A stretch of DNA of 64,000 nucleotides from an uncultured Gemmatimonadales bacterium (GTDB lineage: Bacteria; Gemmatimonadota; Gemmatimonadetes; Longimicrobiales; RSA9). Each line of letters begins with the position of its first letter. The stretch's first letter is position 1. The stretch spans positions 352,001 through 416,000 of the forward strand of contig CAWCRS010000002.1 of the NCBI GenBank assembly GCA_963798085.1, read 5' to 3'. The translations under genes were made by a program, and so were the position numbers. The notes under the pieces were generated by a model. That model was not told the DNA's origin. It worked only from the letters and a program-made list of their open reading frames with translations, and did no database searches. Shown piece by piece: positions 54,266 through 63,672 of the stretch.

Positions 54266-55162
54266 GCTGCGTGATCCACTGCCAGGCTTAGCAAACGTGC
54301 GGGCTTCAGTTCTACTTACCGAAGCAACCGCCTTGCGGCGTTCGCCAGGGGAGATGGCTGGGTTCTCAGGACTCAGCCGCTCGTGATCTTCGATTGTCCA
54401 GATTGCGGAGAGGACGGCTTGCGCAAATGCCCATTCCGCGACGCGCTCCCTGTCAAGGTCCAGGGCTTCGGCGAATCGTGCGGTTCGGCGTCGCACCACG
54501 GCCGGATTCATGTAGAGGTCCGGCTGACCTTCCGGGTTCCTCAGCATAGCGCCGAGCTCGTACTCGATCTCGCCAATGACACCTTTGGGATCAATGGCGG
54601 TCCAGCCACGCCGCTCGTCCCACACAATATTGTGGTGCTGGAGATCCCCATGCACCAGCCGCCGGCTCCGTTGCGTTTCCGCGAGCCTCTCATAGCGGGT
54701 CTGGGCTTCTTCGACAAGGTCTCGACCCAGCTGGCCGTCGCCTAGCGCGAGGTACCGACCGAAGCTCTCTCCCCACTCTTCAACCGTAGGGACCGATTCC
54801 AACTGGGGCGCCACGCTGCACATCTCGCTGATCACGCCGGCCGCGATTCCGATGGCCTCGTCGTCGCGACCCGTGAAAACCAGTTCTGCCAGCGGCGTCG
54901 CCGGCTGGAGCCGCTCCATCAGCACGGCACCCGGAGCGTACTCGAGTGTCCGCACGACCCCGCGGCCTTCGAAGGCAGTTCCAATGCGACCGGCTTGCCA
55001 CTCATCCCCCATCGATCGCACTACTTTGAGTACAACATCTTCTCCCTGGCGCGTGCCATACCCGATCAAGGACGTGTATGAAGCTGCCACCTCGTGAACG
55101 ATGATCTGCCATTCATGGGCGAGTGCATGCAGGCGCTCGGTCGCACTACCTGTCTCGGCCAC
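54260..55162 (-). CDS. APH(6)-like aminoglycoside/hydroxyurea phosphotransferase family kinase
   Basis: VVLKV, AVLMERL, LVHGDLQHHNIV, AIDPKGVIGE, WAFAQAVLSAIW; stop lies in the attC R box. Confidence 0.85.
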   Translation of the reverse strand: MAETGSATERLHALAHEWQIIVHEVAASYTSLIGYGTRQGEDVVLKVVRSMGDEWQAGRIGTAFEGRGVVRTLEYAPGAVLMERLQPATPLAELVFTGRDDEAIGIAAGVISEMCSVAPQLESVPTVEEWGESFGRYLALGDGQLGRDLVEEAQTRYERLAETQRSRRLVHGDLQHHNIVWDERRGWTAIDPKGVIGEIEYELGAMLRNPEGQPDLYMNPAVVRRRTARFAEALDLDRERVAEWAFAQAVLSAIWTIEDHERLSPENPAISPGERRKAVASVSRTEARTFAKPGSGSRSA

Positions 55163-55192
55163 AACGGCCTTTCGCGATGTGGATCACGTTGC

Positions 55193-55332
55193 GCCTAACG
55201 TCTCAGAGGTTCATGACGCGCCGCAGCCGCTTGCGGCGCAGGCGTGTCCGCGCCCTTACCAAGCTACACGCCTCGGCCGCTGCGCGGCCAGCCGCGCGAA
55301 GGCGCGGCGCCGCATGAACTAGCGTGTTATGT
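55193..55332. repeat. attC-like repeat
   Basis: GCCTAAC...GTTCATG...CATGAACTAGCGTGTTATGT; same subtype as 28563. Confidence 0.92.
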
Positions 55333-55399
55333 GCTGTCTGATCCCTGCGTGGGATGTGCAATGTGTGTCTAGCTGTGCGCCACTAGCTGCGGTCGTTCT

Positions 55400-56410
55400 T
55401 CAACGACCGTGATGCTTGGCAATGTCAGCCTCGGTCAGCCGCAGGAATCTCGCTGCATTGTTGTACAGAATGTCCCGCTTTTGCTCCTGCGAGAGAAACG
55501 ACGCATTCTCGATTCGCGTGATTCCTCGCTCGATCGTTTCAGGCCATACCATTTGATCCGACCCAAACATAACGCGATCGCCAAACCCAGCGTCGACGAT
55601 CGTGCGAAGGTAGCGATAGAACTCGGCTTCGGGCAGCGCATACACGATGATGCCCACGTCCACGTACACTTGGGGATGTGTCCACAGCACCGCCAGTAGG
55701 TCGTCCAGCATCGGCCAGCCCGCGTGCATGATGTAAATGCGAAGCCGCGGGTGACGTACCAGTGCTTCCTCAAGGAGCAGCGGACTGTGCAGGCGAGCTC
55801 GGTAGCCCTCAAAGCCGAGGTAGGGAGCTCCCGGAGGTCCTGTACCGATATGGATGCCCACGGGTATGTCCAACGCCTCGGCAACGGTCAAATAGGGGTC
55901 GAAGATCGAATCGCTTGGGCCAATGCCCGCGTACTGGTTCGTCACCTCTCCCAGCACGGCCAAAGCGCCCGACGCATGAAGGCGGCGGATGGAGTCCGGC
56001 GTGATCTGAGTGTCGGCAATGTTGAACATCAGGCCTGGAATGATCCGGTCCGGGGCATCAGCCCTCCACCGTTGGACGAAAGCAACGGAGCCACTGGTCA
56101 CCCCGATAATGTTACGTCGCTCGAGGATCTCCAGCGTGCGCCGCTCAAGTTCTTGATCGGTCTCCGGCGACCAGGCGGGATTCGAACACGCTGGATTCTT
56201 CAACGCGGCCATGAAAACAGCCGGCCAAGGCCGGGACGCATCGAAGTGCAAACCCACAATGGGAGTGCATATCGCCAATGGTGGAGGCCCTTGGGAACTT
56301 GCCGCCACCGCGTGAAGGTGCATGTCAATTACCGGATCGGGCCGCCGTTGTCCAGCGACGGGAACAAAAAGGCCCAATGCGAGAGAAGCGACGACGACGG
56401 TTGTCCTCAT
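55400..56410 (-). CDS. amidohydrolase_2 family secreted protein
   Basis: IDMHLH, VGIHIG, MHAGWP, MFGSD, YNNAARFL. Confidence 0.88.
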   Translation of the reverse strand: MRTTVVVASLALGLFVPVAGQRRPDPVIDMHLHAVAASSQGPPPLAICTPIVGLHFDASRPWPAVFMAALKNPACSNPAWSPETDQELERRTLEILERRNIIGVTSGSVAFVQRWRADAPDRIIPGLMFNIADTQITPDSIRRLHASGALAVLGEVTNQYAGIGPSDSIFDPYLTVAEALDIPVGIHIGTGPPGAPYLGFEGYRARLHSPLLLEEALVRHPRLRIYIMHAGWPMLDDLLAVLWTHPQVYVDVGIIVYALPEAEFYRYLRTIVDAGFGDRVMFGSDQMVWPETIERGITRIENASFLSQEQKRDILYNNAARFLRLTEADIAKHHGR

Positions 56411-56574
56411 GATTCACGCTCCGGGAACAACCCTAGGATTGCAGTCCCGGCTCCCTGCTGACGTTGCCTCGAAGCAACCTCCAAGCTTCAGCGCGGCCCA
56501 TGCGATGTCAATGAGCACACGCACACTAAACATGCGCGTCAGTGGCTTTAGATCTTCCGAGGGGATCAGATTGC

Positions 56575-56718
56575 ACATAACGTCTCGGTTGTTCACGACG
56601 TGCCGGAGCCGACCGGCAGGCGGCGCAGGCATGTCCGCGCGCTTCCAAGTGCCGCCCGCCTCGGCAGTTGCGCGGCCGGCGGCCGCCAGGCCGCCGAGCG
56701 TGAAAGGACGTGTTAGCG
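56575..56718. repeat. attC-like repeat
   Basis: ACATAAC...GTTCACG...CGTGAAAGGACGTGTTAGCG. Confidence 0.92.
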
Positions 56719-56751
56719 GATGTCGAGCCGGCGCGATGCTGTTTGGCAACA

Positions 56752-58389
56752 CTATTCTGCGACCTCTTTCTGCTTCAAGAATGCTGCGGCTTCAGCCAGT
56801 TCTGGACGTCGTGATTGCTTCGCGGCCAGACGTAGCAGTTCGCGATAGTAGGTCCTCGCGAGGCTAGTGTCGCCAGCGCGTCCAGCCGATCTGGCGGCGC
56901 CAGCAAGACTGTTGAAACGCCCGGGTTCCGATTTCAGCGCTGCTTCATAGGCCTGGAGTGCGGCCGCTGGGCGGTCGAGCTCGAGCAGCAAATCACCCAG
57001 AAGCTCCGAGGCTGGCAGGATGGGCGCGGGCGTCACAGGAGGTTTGGGTGTACTGGCCTCAAGGCGCACGGCTTGCTGCATGAGCGCAAGCGCACTGTCT
57101 GTATTGGCTGCCGCCTCTGCAAGCCATGCCGCAACGCTCAGCCGCAGAATCTCGGTCTGGCGAGCGAAGAGGTCCTCTCCCATTCGCTGCGACGCATCCC
57201 TCAGAGCGCTGAGGTGCCTTTGCGCTTCTTGCGCCGCGGGTACGTTTCGGGTTCGGATTGCGCCAATGCCGCGGGCAAACCACGTGACGGCTTCTGGCCA
57301 TGGGAAAAGATCCCAGGTGAGGGTGGAATCAGGCCGCGGGGTGAGGCGGGACGCCTGCGTCCAGTCCCGTCGCTCGAGCGCGTATCGGGCCGGAATCGAC
57401 GACAGGTGAAACGCAGTCTTGAAGCTCGGCTGGAGATTGGTCGTCTGCTGCAGCCGCGCCATCGCCATCGCGGCAGCCGAATCGTCTCCAACCTGAAGTA
57501 GGGCATAGACCAGGTACTCAATCGTATGCGGGAACTCGTCCCAGACCCACTGCTGGCGGTCGCCGGCCGGAGTCTCCAACGCCGCATCCGCGGCCTGACG
57601 ATTGCCGTCAATGACAGATGCCCAATCTCCCAGCCGAACGTAGATGTGGGTCGGCATGTGCAGCGCGTGCGGATTTCGGGGCGCGATTTCCACGTAACGA
57701 CGCACGACGTCGAGGGATTCCGTCTCGCGGCCAACTGCATCATTTGCGTGGATCATGTAGTGAACCGCCCCGGGATGCATTGGTTCAACGGCAAGAATCG
57801 CCTGCAGCACCGCTGCCGCTTCATTCTGGTGCGTCAGCCCTCCCGTTGAGGGAGCTGTAGCCAGAACGGAAAGGGCAAAGAACGCCTTGGTCTCCACCTC
57901 CTGCGGGTATGCCTCGTACAGCGCGCGCGTAGCCTCGGCCCACTTGGCAATGCGTTCCCAGTAGCCATTGACCGCTGGGTCGAAGAATGCTGCGGTCGTG
58001 GCAATAAACATCGTGTCCCGGCGCGTCCCCGCCCCACTCGCCTCGGCCCGCAACACCTCTTGCCAACCGTGCTCCAGATCGTCCGCGCTCGGGCGGGTGG
58101 GCCAGAGCGGCTGAAAGTACGTCATCGCGATCCCCCAGTGGGCCATGGCGCACTCCGGATCCGCTGAGGCAATGGCGGAGAATTCGGCTCGGGCCCGCGA
58201 ATACGTCATGTGGTGGAGTAACGCCACCGCATGGTTGAACTGCGCTTGTGTGTTCTCCCTGCAGGAGATCTCGAAATGTACGACTCCGAGGTGTTCCAAT
58301 GCGGTATCGTGCTGGCCTGATGCTTCGACTGGGACGAGTGCAGTGACAGTGGCTACGACCAGCGCAACGATAACATGATGCGTTGCCAT
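56752..58389 (-). CDS. secreted TPR-repeat protein
   Basis: LGVVHFEISC, DPECAMAHWGIAM, HPGAVHYMIHAND, HALHMPTHIYVRLG. Confidence 0.8.
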   Translation of the reverse strand: MATHHVIVALVVATVTALVPVEASGQHDTALEHLGVVHFEISCRENTQAQFNHAVALLHHMTYSRARAEFSAIASADPECAMAHWGIAMTYFQPLWPTRPSADDLEHGWQEVLRAEASGAGTRRDTMFIATTAAFFDPAVNGYWERIAKWAEATRALYEAYPQEVETKAFFALSVLATAPSTGGLTHQNEAAAVLQAILAVEPMHPGAVHYMIHANDAVGRETESLDVVRRYVEIAPRNPHALHMPTHIYVRLGDWASVIDGNRQAADAALETPAGDRQQWVWDEFPHTIEYLVYALLQVGDDSAAAMAMARLQQTTNLQPSFKTAFHLSSIPARYALERRDWTQASRLTPRPDSTLTWDLFPWPEAVTWFARGIGAIRTRNVPAAQEAQRHLSALRDASQRMGEDLFARQTEILRLSVAAWLAEAAANTDSALALMQQAVRLEASTPKPPVTPAPILPASELLGDLLLELDRPAAALQAYEAALKSEPGRFNSLAGAARSAGRAGDTSLARTYYRELLRLAAKQSRRPELAEAAAFLKQKEVAE

Positions 58390-58470
58390 TTCGCGCCTCT
58401 CTGCTTTCAGTGTCCACTACATGTCCAGTGACGCCACACACATCCCAACACGGTTTTCCGGCTCGATTTC

Positions 58471-58613
58471 CGCTAACGTTTCTGGTGTTCACGACGTGCC
58501 GAAGCCGGGCGAAGCACGGCGCAGGCATGTCCGCGCCCTTCAACTGCTGCACGCTTCGGCCGTTGCGCGGCCGGCGGCCGCCAGGCCGACGTGCGTGAAA
58601 TGACGTGTTAGGC
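58471..58613. repeat. attC-like repeat
   Basis: CGCTAAC...GTTCACG...CGTGAAATGACGTGTTAGGC. Confidence 0.92.
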
Positions 58614-58639
58614 GTAGGCGGCCCCGCTGCTCGGTGATG

Positions 58640-59848
58640 CTACTTCACCAGGGTGTATTGCCGAATGAACTCGACATCAGCCTCGTTCTGCCAGACACCA
58701 AGTACATAATCCACGCCAATGTCCTGGATGTGGAATTTCGCCGGTACAGCGAGCGTGCCAAGCAGCCGGCCGTGACCGTCGAATATGATCCATGGGCCAA
58801 GGGGCTCGCCATATATCTCTGTGGGACCCAGCCAGATATTGCGCTCCGGGTCGACCAGAATCCGCTCGAAGGCGGGCTTGCGTTCCGGCAAATGCATCTT
58901 GGCCCATCCCGCTTCAGCCGTTGCCCGTGCTTCTGGCCGCATGCGGGCGAGAATTGCATTCGTGAACAGTGCTACATCGGAAGGCTTGAGCGTCAAATCC
59001 GGTGTCGGGCCACGGAGAATACGCTTGACCGCGCCGGCCGAGTCCAGAACCAGGACCTCGTAGGAGTCACCGAGTCCGACCAAGAGTTGGTTGCCGTCAG
59101 GATGAACTGCCAGCGTATGGCTGAACGGCGGCTGTGCATACGAGGGACGATCTCCGTCCATTGTGAGGCTGATCTCCTGGCCTGGAAAGGTATGCACGGT
59201 GTCTACCGTCGCGCCGTCCCGGGAGAATGCCAGGATGGGCGCAGTGATTCTGTGTAAACCCGGGCCGACCGATGGTGGAACGTCCTGTGAGCTCCACCCG
59301 ACCGTGGCGCCGAAACGGCCATCGGGGAGGGGAAACACGTTGTCTATCGGTGCAAATCCTGGCTGCTGCAGGGTTACGGAACGACCGTAACGGCCGGATT
59401 CATCAAGGATTGAGATACGCCTCAATGGCAAATCGTACACGAACAGCGAATCTCGGCGGAATCGCTGTATTGATCCAATGTACCTGTACTCACCGGGGCC
59501 ACTTCCGCTACCGCCCGTCGCGAAGAGAAAGGTGCCGCGTGAATCGAAGAACCGGATGCGGCTCGAGCCACCATCGGCGACAACGATCGTGCCATTCGGA
59601 AGGCGGACGGCGCCTCGGATCCGGAAGAACTGGTAGATCGAATCGCCATCCACGGCACCGATCTGAACCGCGGGCTGCGACGCCAGACTCCATGCAACGT
59701 CGGAGGTCCACGCGATCTGGGTCGTGGAAACGACTTCGATTCCGGAGCTGTCCTGGACAGTGTAGTGAGCACGCGAACCGCTGCCGACACAGCCTGCAAA
59801 CAGAACGGTGTTCAGCGCGATGGCTATCCCGCTCGAAGTCCGTTTCAT
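58640..59848 (-). CDS. 6-bladed beta-propeller lipoprotein
   Basis: lipobox FAGC; VQDSSGIEVV; GGSGSGPGEY; VDPERNIWL; paralog of 52880..54091. Confidence 0.85.
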   Translation of the reverse strand: MKRTSSGIAIALNTVLFAGCVGSGSRAHYTVQDSSGIEVVSTTQIAWTSDVAWSLASQPAVQIGAVDGDSIYQFFRIRGAVRLPNGTIVVADGGSSRIRFFDSRGTFLFATGGSGSGPGEYRYIGSIQRFRRDSLFVYDLPLRRISILDESGRYGRSVTLQQPGFAPIDNVFPLPDGRFGATVGWSSQDVPPSVGPGLHRITAPILAFSRDGATVDTVHTFPGQEISLTMDGDRPSYAQPPFSHTLAVHPDGNQLLVGLGDSYEVLVLDSAGAVKRILRGPTPDLTLKPSDVALFTNAILARMRPEARATAEAGWAKMHLPERKPAFERILVDPERNIWLGPTEIYGEPLGPWIIFDGHGRLLGTLAVPAKFHIQDIGVDYVLGVWQNEADVEFIRQYTLVK

Positions 59849-59886
59849 TCAGTGACCCTCCGTCGCTGGAACAAGGGGCCGCTTTC

Positions 59887-60025
59887 GCCTAACGTGATGG
59901 GTGTTCACGACGCGCCGGAGCCGCTTGCGGCGCAGGCGTGTCCGCGCCCCTCCCAGGCTACCCGCCTCGGCCATCTGCGCGGCCGGCGGCCGCCAGGCCG
60001 CCGTGCGTGAAATGCTTTGTTAGAT
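59887..60025. repeat. attC-like repeat
   Basis: GCCTAAC...GTTCACG...CGTGAAATGCTTTGTTAGAT. Confidence 0.92.
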
Positions 60026-60107
60026 GATGCACGTTGAGCCCTGCTTGCTGAGCCCATTCCCTTGCCAGATCGCGACCTCTGTAGCGCCTGATCCGCTGGA
60101 CAACCGC

Positions 60108-60476
60108 CTACGGTTCGTCTTCCGGGCTGTCAGCAATCGGGAACGCACCAGCCGCCGCCTTCAGCAGTGGCGCAACCTCCGGCAGATTCATGGTCGCGGT
60201 CCGCCACACGATTCCCAGATCCACAACGAAGTAGTCATGGATCAGCTTGTGACGAAGACCGGTGATCTCACGCCACGGGATCTCCCCGTGCGCCTTCACG
60301 AACCCGGCCGACACTCGGCCCGCAGCCTCACCGAGCACCTCCAACTCGCGGATTACCGCATCCTGAACTACCCAATCGCGGTCGAAGGTCTGCCGATCGA
60401 TCCTGGTGAGCAGCTCAGCGACCCGTCCGATCGCGGCCAGCATGTGATGGATAAACAGCGCGTCAGGCGGCCGCAT
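60108..60476 (-). CDS. hepT: HepT/DUF86 (HEPN) RNase toxin
   Basis: DAVIRELEVLGEAA; IPWREITGLRHKLIHDYF (Rx4HxY). Confidence 0.88.
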   Translation of the reverse strand: MRPPDALFIHHMLAAIGRVAELLTRIDRQTFDRDWVVQDAVIRELEVLGEAAGRVSAGFVKAHGEIPWREITGLRHKLIHDYFVVDLGIVWRTATMNLPEVAPLLKAAAGAFPIADSPEDEP

Positions 60477-60753
60477 CAAAAATGACAGACGCGCTCGAGA
60501 GAATGGATCGCCTCAAGTAGGGGCTGAGACCCGGCTCGGTCACCAAGTCTACCGGCCGGTCGAACACGGCTTGCAGCTCATCCTCCAAGCGGATTAGCTC
60601 GAAGAGCCCCTTCGGAGCGCCAAAATCCACGATGAGGTCGATATCCGAGTCCGGACGCTCCACGCCGCGTGCGGTAGAGCCAAACAGCCGGAGCCGCGTC
60701 ACGTCATTGCGCCGGCAGATCTCGGCGAGCCGCTTCTGATCGAACGTTACCAT
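60463..60753 (-). CDS. mntA: MNT nucleotidyltransferase antitoxin
   Basis: LFGSTARGVERPDSDIDLIV (GSx10DxD); overlaps the HEPN start. Confidence 0.88.
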   Translation of the reverse strand: MVTFDQKRLAEICRRNDVTRLRLFGSTARGVERPDSDIDLIVDFGAPKGLFELIRLEDELQAVFDRPVDLVTEPGLSPYLRRSILSSASVIFDAAA

Positions 60754-61066
60754 CGGGACAAGTCTACGACTTGGCTGCCGCAGGTCAAGGTGGCCAACGG
60801 GTAAGGCCTTGGACTCGGCGCTGCAATACACCCTGAAGGTAATCCGCGCTGGACGGGATAGGCCTGCTCCATACAAGGTCGCTGTGTGGATGGGCCCGCA
60901 GCACGAGAACCTGCTTCTACCCTCAATGACGGAACCATCAGACGCGGTCCACGCCCGCCGCAATCAATCCCCTCGGAACGAGCCGCATCGCAACATGCTT
61001 CTCGCTTCACGGCGAGCACGCTCTCCGCTGACCCACTTCGTTGATCCGTTGGGCTCAACGTGTTTC

Positions 61067-61210
61067 AGCTAACGTCTCGGGTGTTCACGAAGCCCCGGAG
61101 CCGACCGCCAGGGCGGCGCAGGCATGTCCGCGCCTTTCACCAACTGCCCGCCTCGGCCACTGCGCGGCCGGCGGCCGTCAGGCCGCCGAGCGTGAAATGG
61201 CGTGTTAGGC
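61067..61210. repeat. attC-like repeat
   Basis: AGCTAAC...GTTCACG...CGTGAAATGGCGTGTTAGGC. Confidence 0.92.
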
Positions 61211-61283
61211 GCAGTCAGTTGCGTGGTTGGAATTGCCGGCAGGCATCCTCCATAGCTCGAATCTGCGCCACCCGATCCTGTAG

Positions 61284-61790
61284 TTACCGGTCCTCAACAA
61301 TAACCTCGACGCCACTGTCTCTCGTCAGATTGTTCATAAAGATCACGAGGTTGTGCCCAGGGTGCCTTGCGCTTGGTACGATCAGGCCTTCGCAACTTAG
61401 CCAGTCTACCGCGTCGCCCACATGCTGTGAAGCCTGGAGGTCGTCTTCGAACAGCACATCCGCTGAGAGGCCGTGCGTATCCAACGACGTGAAATCCTGT
61501 AGGTACACTACTTTCTCGAGAGATGCACTTATGCGATACGTAACGCGTGGAGCAGTTATAGGCCGCGGTTGGCGCGAAGCAAGATAACTGATCTCTGCTA
61601 TGGCTGTCTCGAGCGATAGCGAGGTGTACAGCGCTTCGATGCCTGGTGGATTCCAGCGAGCACCACGTACGTTTGCCTTCAGCGGTTCCGTGCCGGCGAA
61701 AACCTGCCGCCAACACTCACCCGCCCATTCGGTGACGTGCTCTTCAAGCGTGTCCAAGAGCGCCGGATCGAACGGGCGGGTGAATCGCAA
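61284..61790 (-). CDS. RES-domain (NAD+-targeting) toxin
   Basis: GARWNPPGIEALYTSLSLETAIAE; GLIVPSARHPGHNLVIF. Confidence 0.88.
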   Translation of the reverse strand: MRFTRPFDPALLDTLEEHVTEWAGECWRQVFAGTEPLKANVRGARWNPPGIEALYTSLSLETAIAEISYLASRQPRPITAPRVTYRISASLEKVVYLQDFTSLDTHGLSADVLFEDDLQASQHVGDAVDWLSCEGLIVPSARHPGHNLVIFMNNLTRDSGVEVIVEDR

Positions 61791-61795
61791 TGTCG

Positions 61796-62134
61796 TCAGC
61801 TGTAGGAGGCAGACTGCAGGCGATCTATCAGCGCCAAGACCTCATTGATCCGATCATGGGCAATCAATTCGGCCGGGCGCTCGCCGCCGAGATCTCGGTG
61901 GTGGCTAAACAACCAGAGCCTAGCCTCGTCGGGGCTGTAGAACTGAGATAGTTGGTCAGCAAGCCACTCTAGCTTCAAAAGCCGATCGAGGCTGCTCGGC
62001 TGTGGAGCCGATCGACCGTTCTGCCACCGTGAAACCGTCTGCTCAGTAATCTCAAGGAGTTGCGCTACTTCGCGTGCAGATATGCCGCTGCGCGCCTTGA
62101 TATTATCCAGCTTCCGTGCTAGTGCCGTTGCCAC
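61796..62134 (-). CDS. Xre/MbcA/ParS-like antitoxin
   Basis: HTH SAREVAQLLEITEQTVSRWQNG; C-terminal ARLWLFSHHRDLGGERPAELI; GAGGGG RBS. Confidence 0.88.
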   Translation of the reverse strand: MATALARKLDNIKARSGISAREVAQLLEITEQTVSRWQNGRSAPQPSSLDRLLKLEWLADQLSQFYSPDEARLWLFSHHRDLGGERPAELIAHDRINEVLALIDRLQSASYS

Positions 62135-62160
62135 CCTGTGCCCCCCTCTCCCCGTTCATT

Positions 62161-62171
62161 TGACAATGTCA
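62161..62171. promoter_or_regulatory. palindromic putative operator upstream of the Xre gene
   Basis: TGACA-A-TGTCA in the 46-bp gap between the large ORF and the antitoxin. Confidence 0.45.
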
Positions 62172-62180
62172 CCATCTGAC

Positions 62181-63445
62181 TCATGCTCCCCATTGCTGGA
62201 TGCGACGCCCAGTCGGGATGTGGGCGATGGACGGTTCATCGCGCTTGTCGATCATCCTCTGGTCGCTAAGCGCCGTCCTCCATTCGTCGAGACGCTTACA
62301 ATGTTTCGACAGGCGCGGCAGTACCCTTGCTGCTACGCCAACTCGATCGCTTGCTGGTCGGAGCCAAGTATCTAGGTATTGATCCGGCCGAACTTGCACC
62401 GGCACACGGGACAGTTCCGCAATTTCATCTGACCGACACACAAGAAAATGGCGACGTGGGTCGCGAAGCATGTCGTGAATGCCGCGCTTGCAACATGGCC
62501 TCTGGCACCCAAAACGATTCTTGGCGCTTCGATCGGTAAACAGCTGTTCCGCTTCGTTCTGCTTGATGAAAGCGCCAATCTCCGCCAAATAGACCCTCGG
62601 AGCCGGCATGAACCCAGCCGAACCACTTGGTTCTCGCAACAGGGGTTTGACATCGAACCGTTCGCCGAACGTGACGCCTTGCTCAATTCCGCCTACCGCT
62701 CCAAAGGCCAGCAGAGCCAAACCAAGCGTACCAGTGCGCTCCGCAACCACTGGCACGCCAAGACCATGCGTGGAACGGGCAAACTCTATGTAGCGGAGCA
62801 GTGCTCGAGAACTACTCTGTGACGCACCGAATCCAGATACACGAAGCCACAACGCGTCCATGCCGTGTCCACCGATAAGTTCGCGGAGTCGTTCCATCAA
62901 GTGCTTGCGAACAGCGGTAGACTCAAAAGCCTTGGTGTTATCACGAGCGGGTAGTAGATTGAAATGGCGCGTCCGCCCGAGTCGTTCAGCGATTCGCGGA
63001 GGTCCGTGGCTAGCTCGATATCCGAACCGAACCAGCGGCTGGGTATCGAGTCGATATAGTGCGTTGGCGCGAGGACGGCCGTCGCTCTAGCCTGTACGAC
63101 GCACTTTGCAATCCGCTGAGTCAGCTTACGGCACGCGTTGCGAGGCAGTGCTTCCGGCGATTCTCTGCCAAGACCAAACCAAGGCAAGTCCTTCATTCCC
63201 GAACGACTGCGACCGGTCTGCGTAGCCAACTCTACGGACAACGGATCGAGGATCAACTCGAGTCCTTTTTCGCGCGCGACAGCTCGGAGCTCTTCTCCTC
63301 GGTCCAAATGGCGCGGATCCATTATCATTCCTGTCCCCACCTGGACTCCGGCGCTCATCAGACTCATGAGATGGGTGTAGTCTCTCGGGAACGGGCGAAC
63401 GTAGTTCGCCAAGAGGGGCGGCTGCGATCGGGCTCTGGATGCCAT
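62181..63445 (-). CDS. ~420-aa uncharacterised protein, possibly a TIM barrel with a Cys/His cluster; split by a 1-nt deletion near 62940
   Basis: ORFs 62897..63445 and 62181..62900 join if one A is added (GTG ATA AAC ACC AAG); alternating beta/alpha pattern; CQRPCC...RRHF near the C-terminus. Confidence 0.65.
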
Positions 63446-63488
63446 TCGTTGACTCCGACTTGCCGATTGCCTTACCAGAATCATGATC

Positions 63489-63517
63489 ATAATACTTAAC
63501 ATCCACCTGGCTGTCAA
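63489..63517 (-). promoter_or_regulatory. sigma70-type promoter inside the cassette
   Basis: TTGACA-17 nt-TATTAT on the - strand, ~45 bp upstream of ATG 63445. Confidence 0.7.
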
Positions 63518-63672
63518 GACGGCCCGGGGCTCCCCGGGACGTGGCCGTTGAAATGCCTCAACTGGTTGTAAATCATGCGACTTATGGCGGACTCGTTACC
63601 AAGGAATGCGACGGCAGAGGTCCGATGAGTTGCCTGTTGAGCCGCGCGTAAACGCGGGTAGCAACTGATTGC

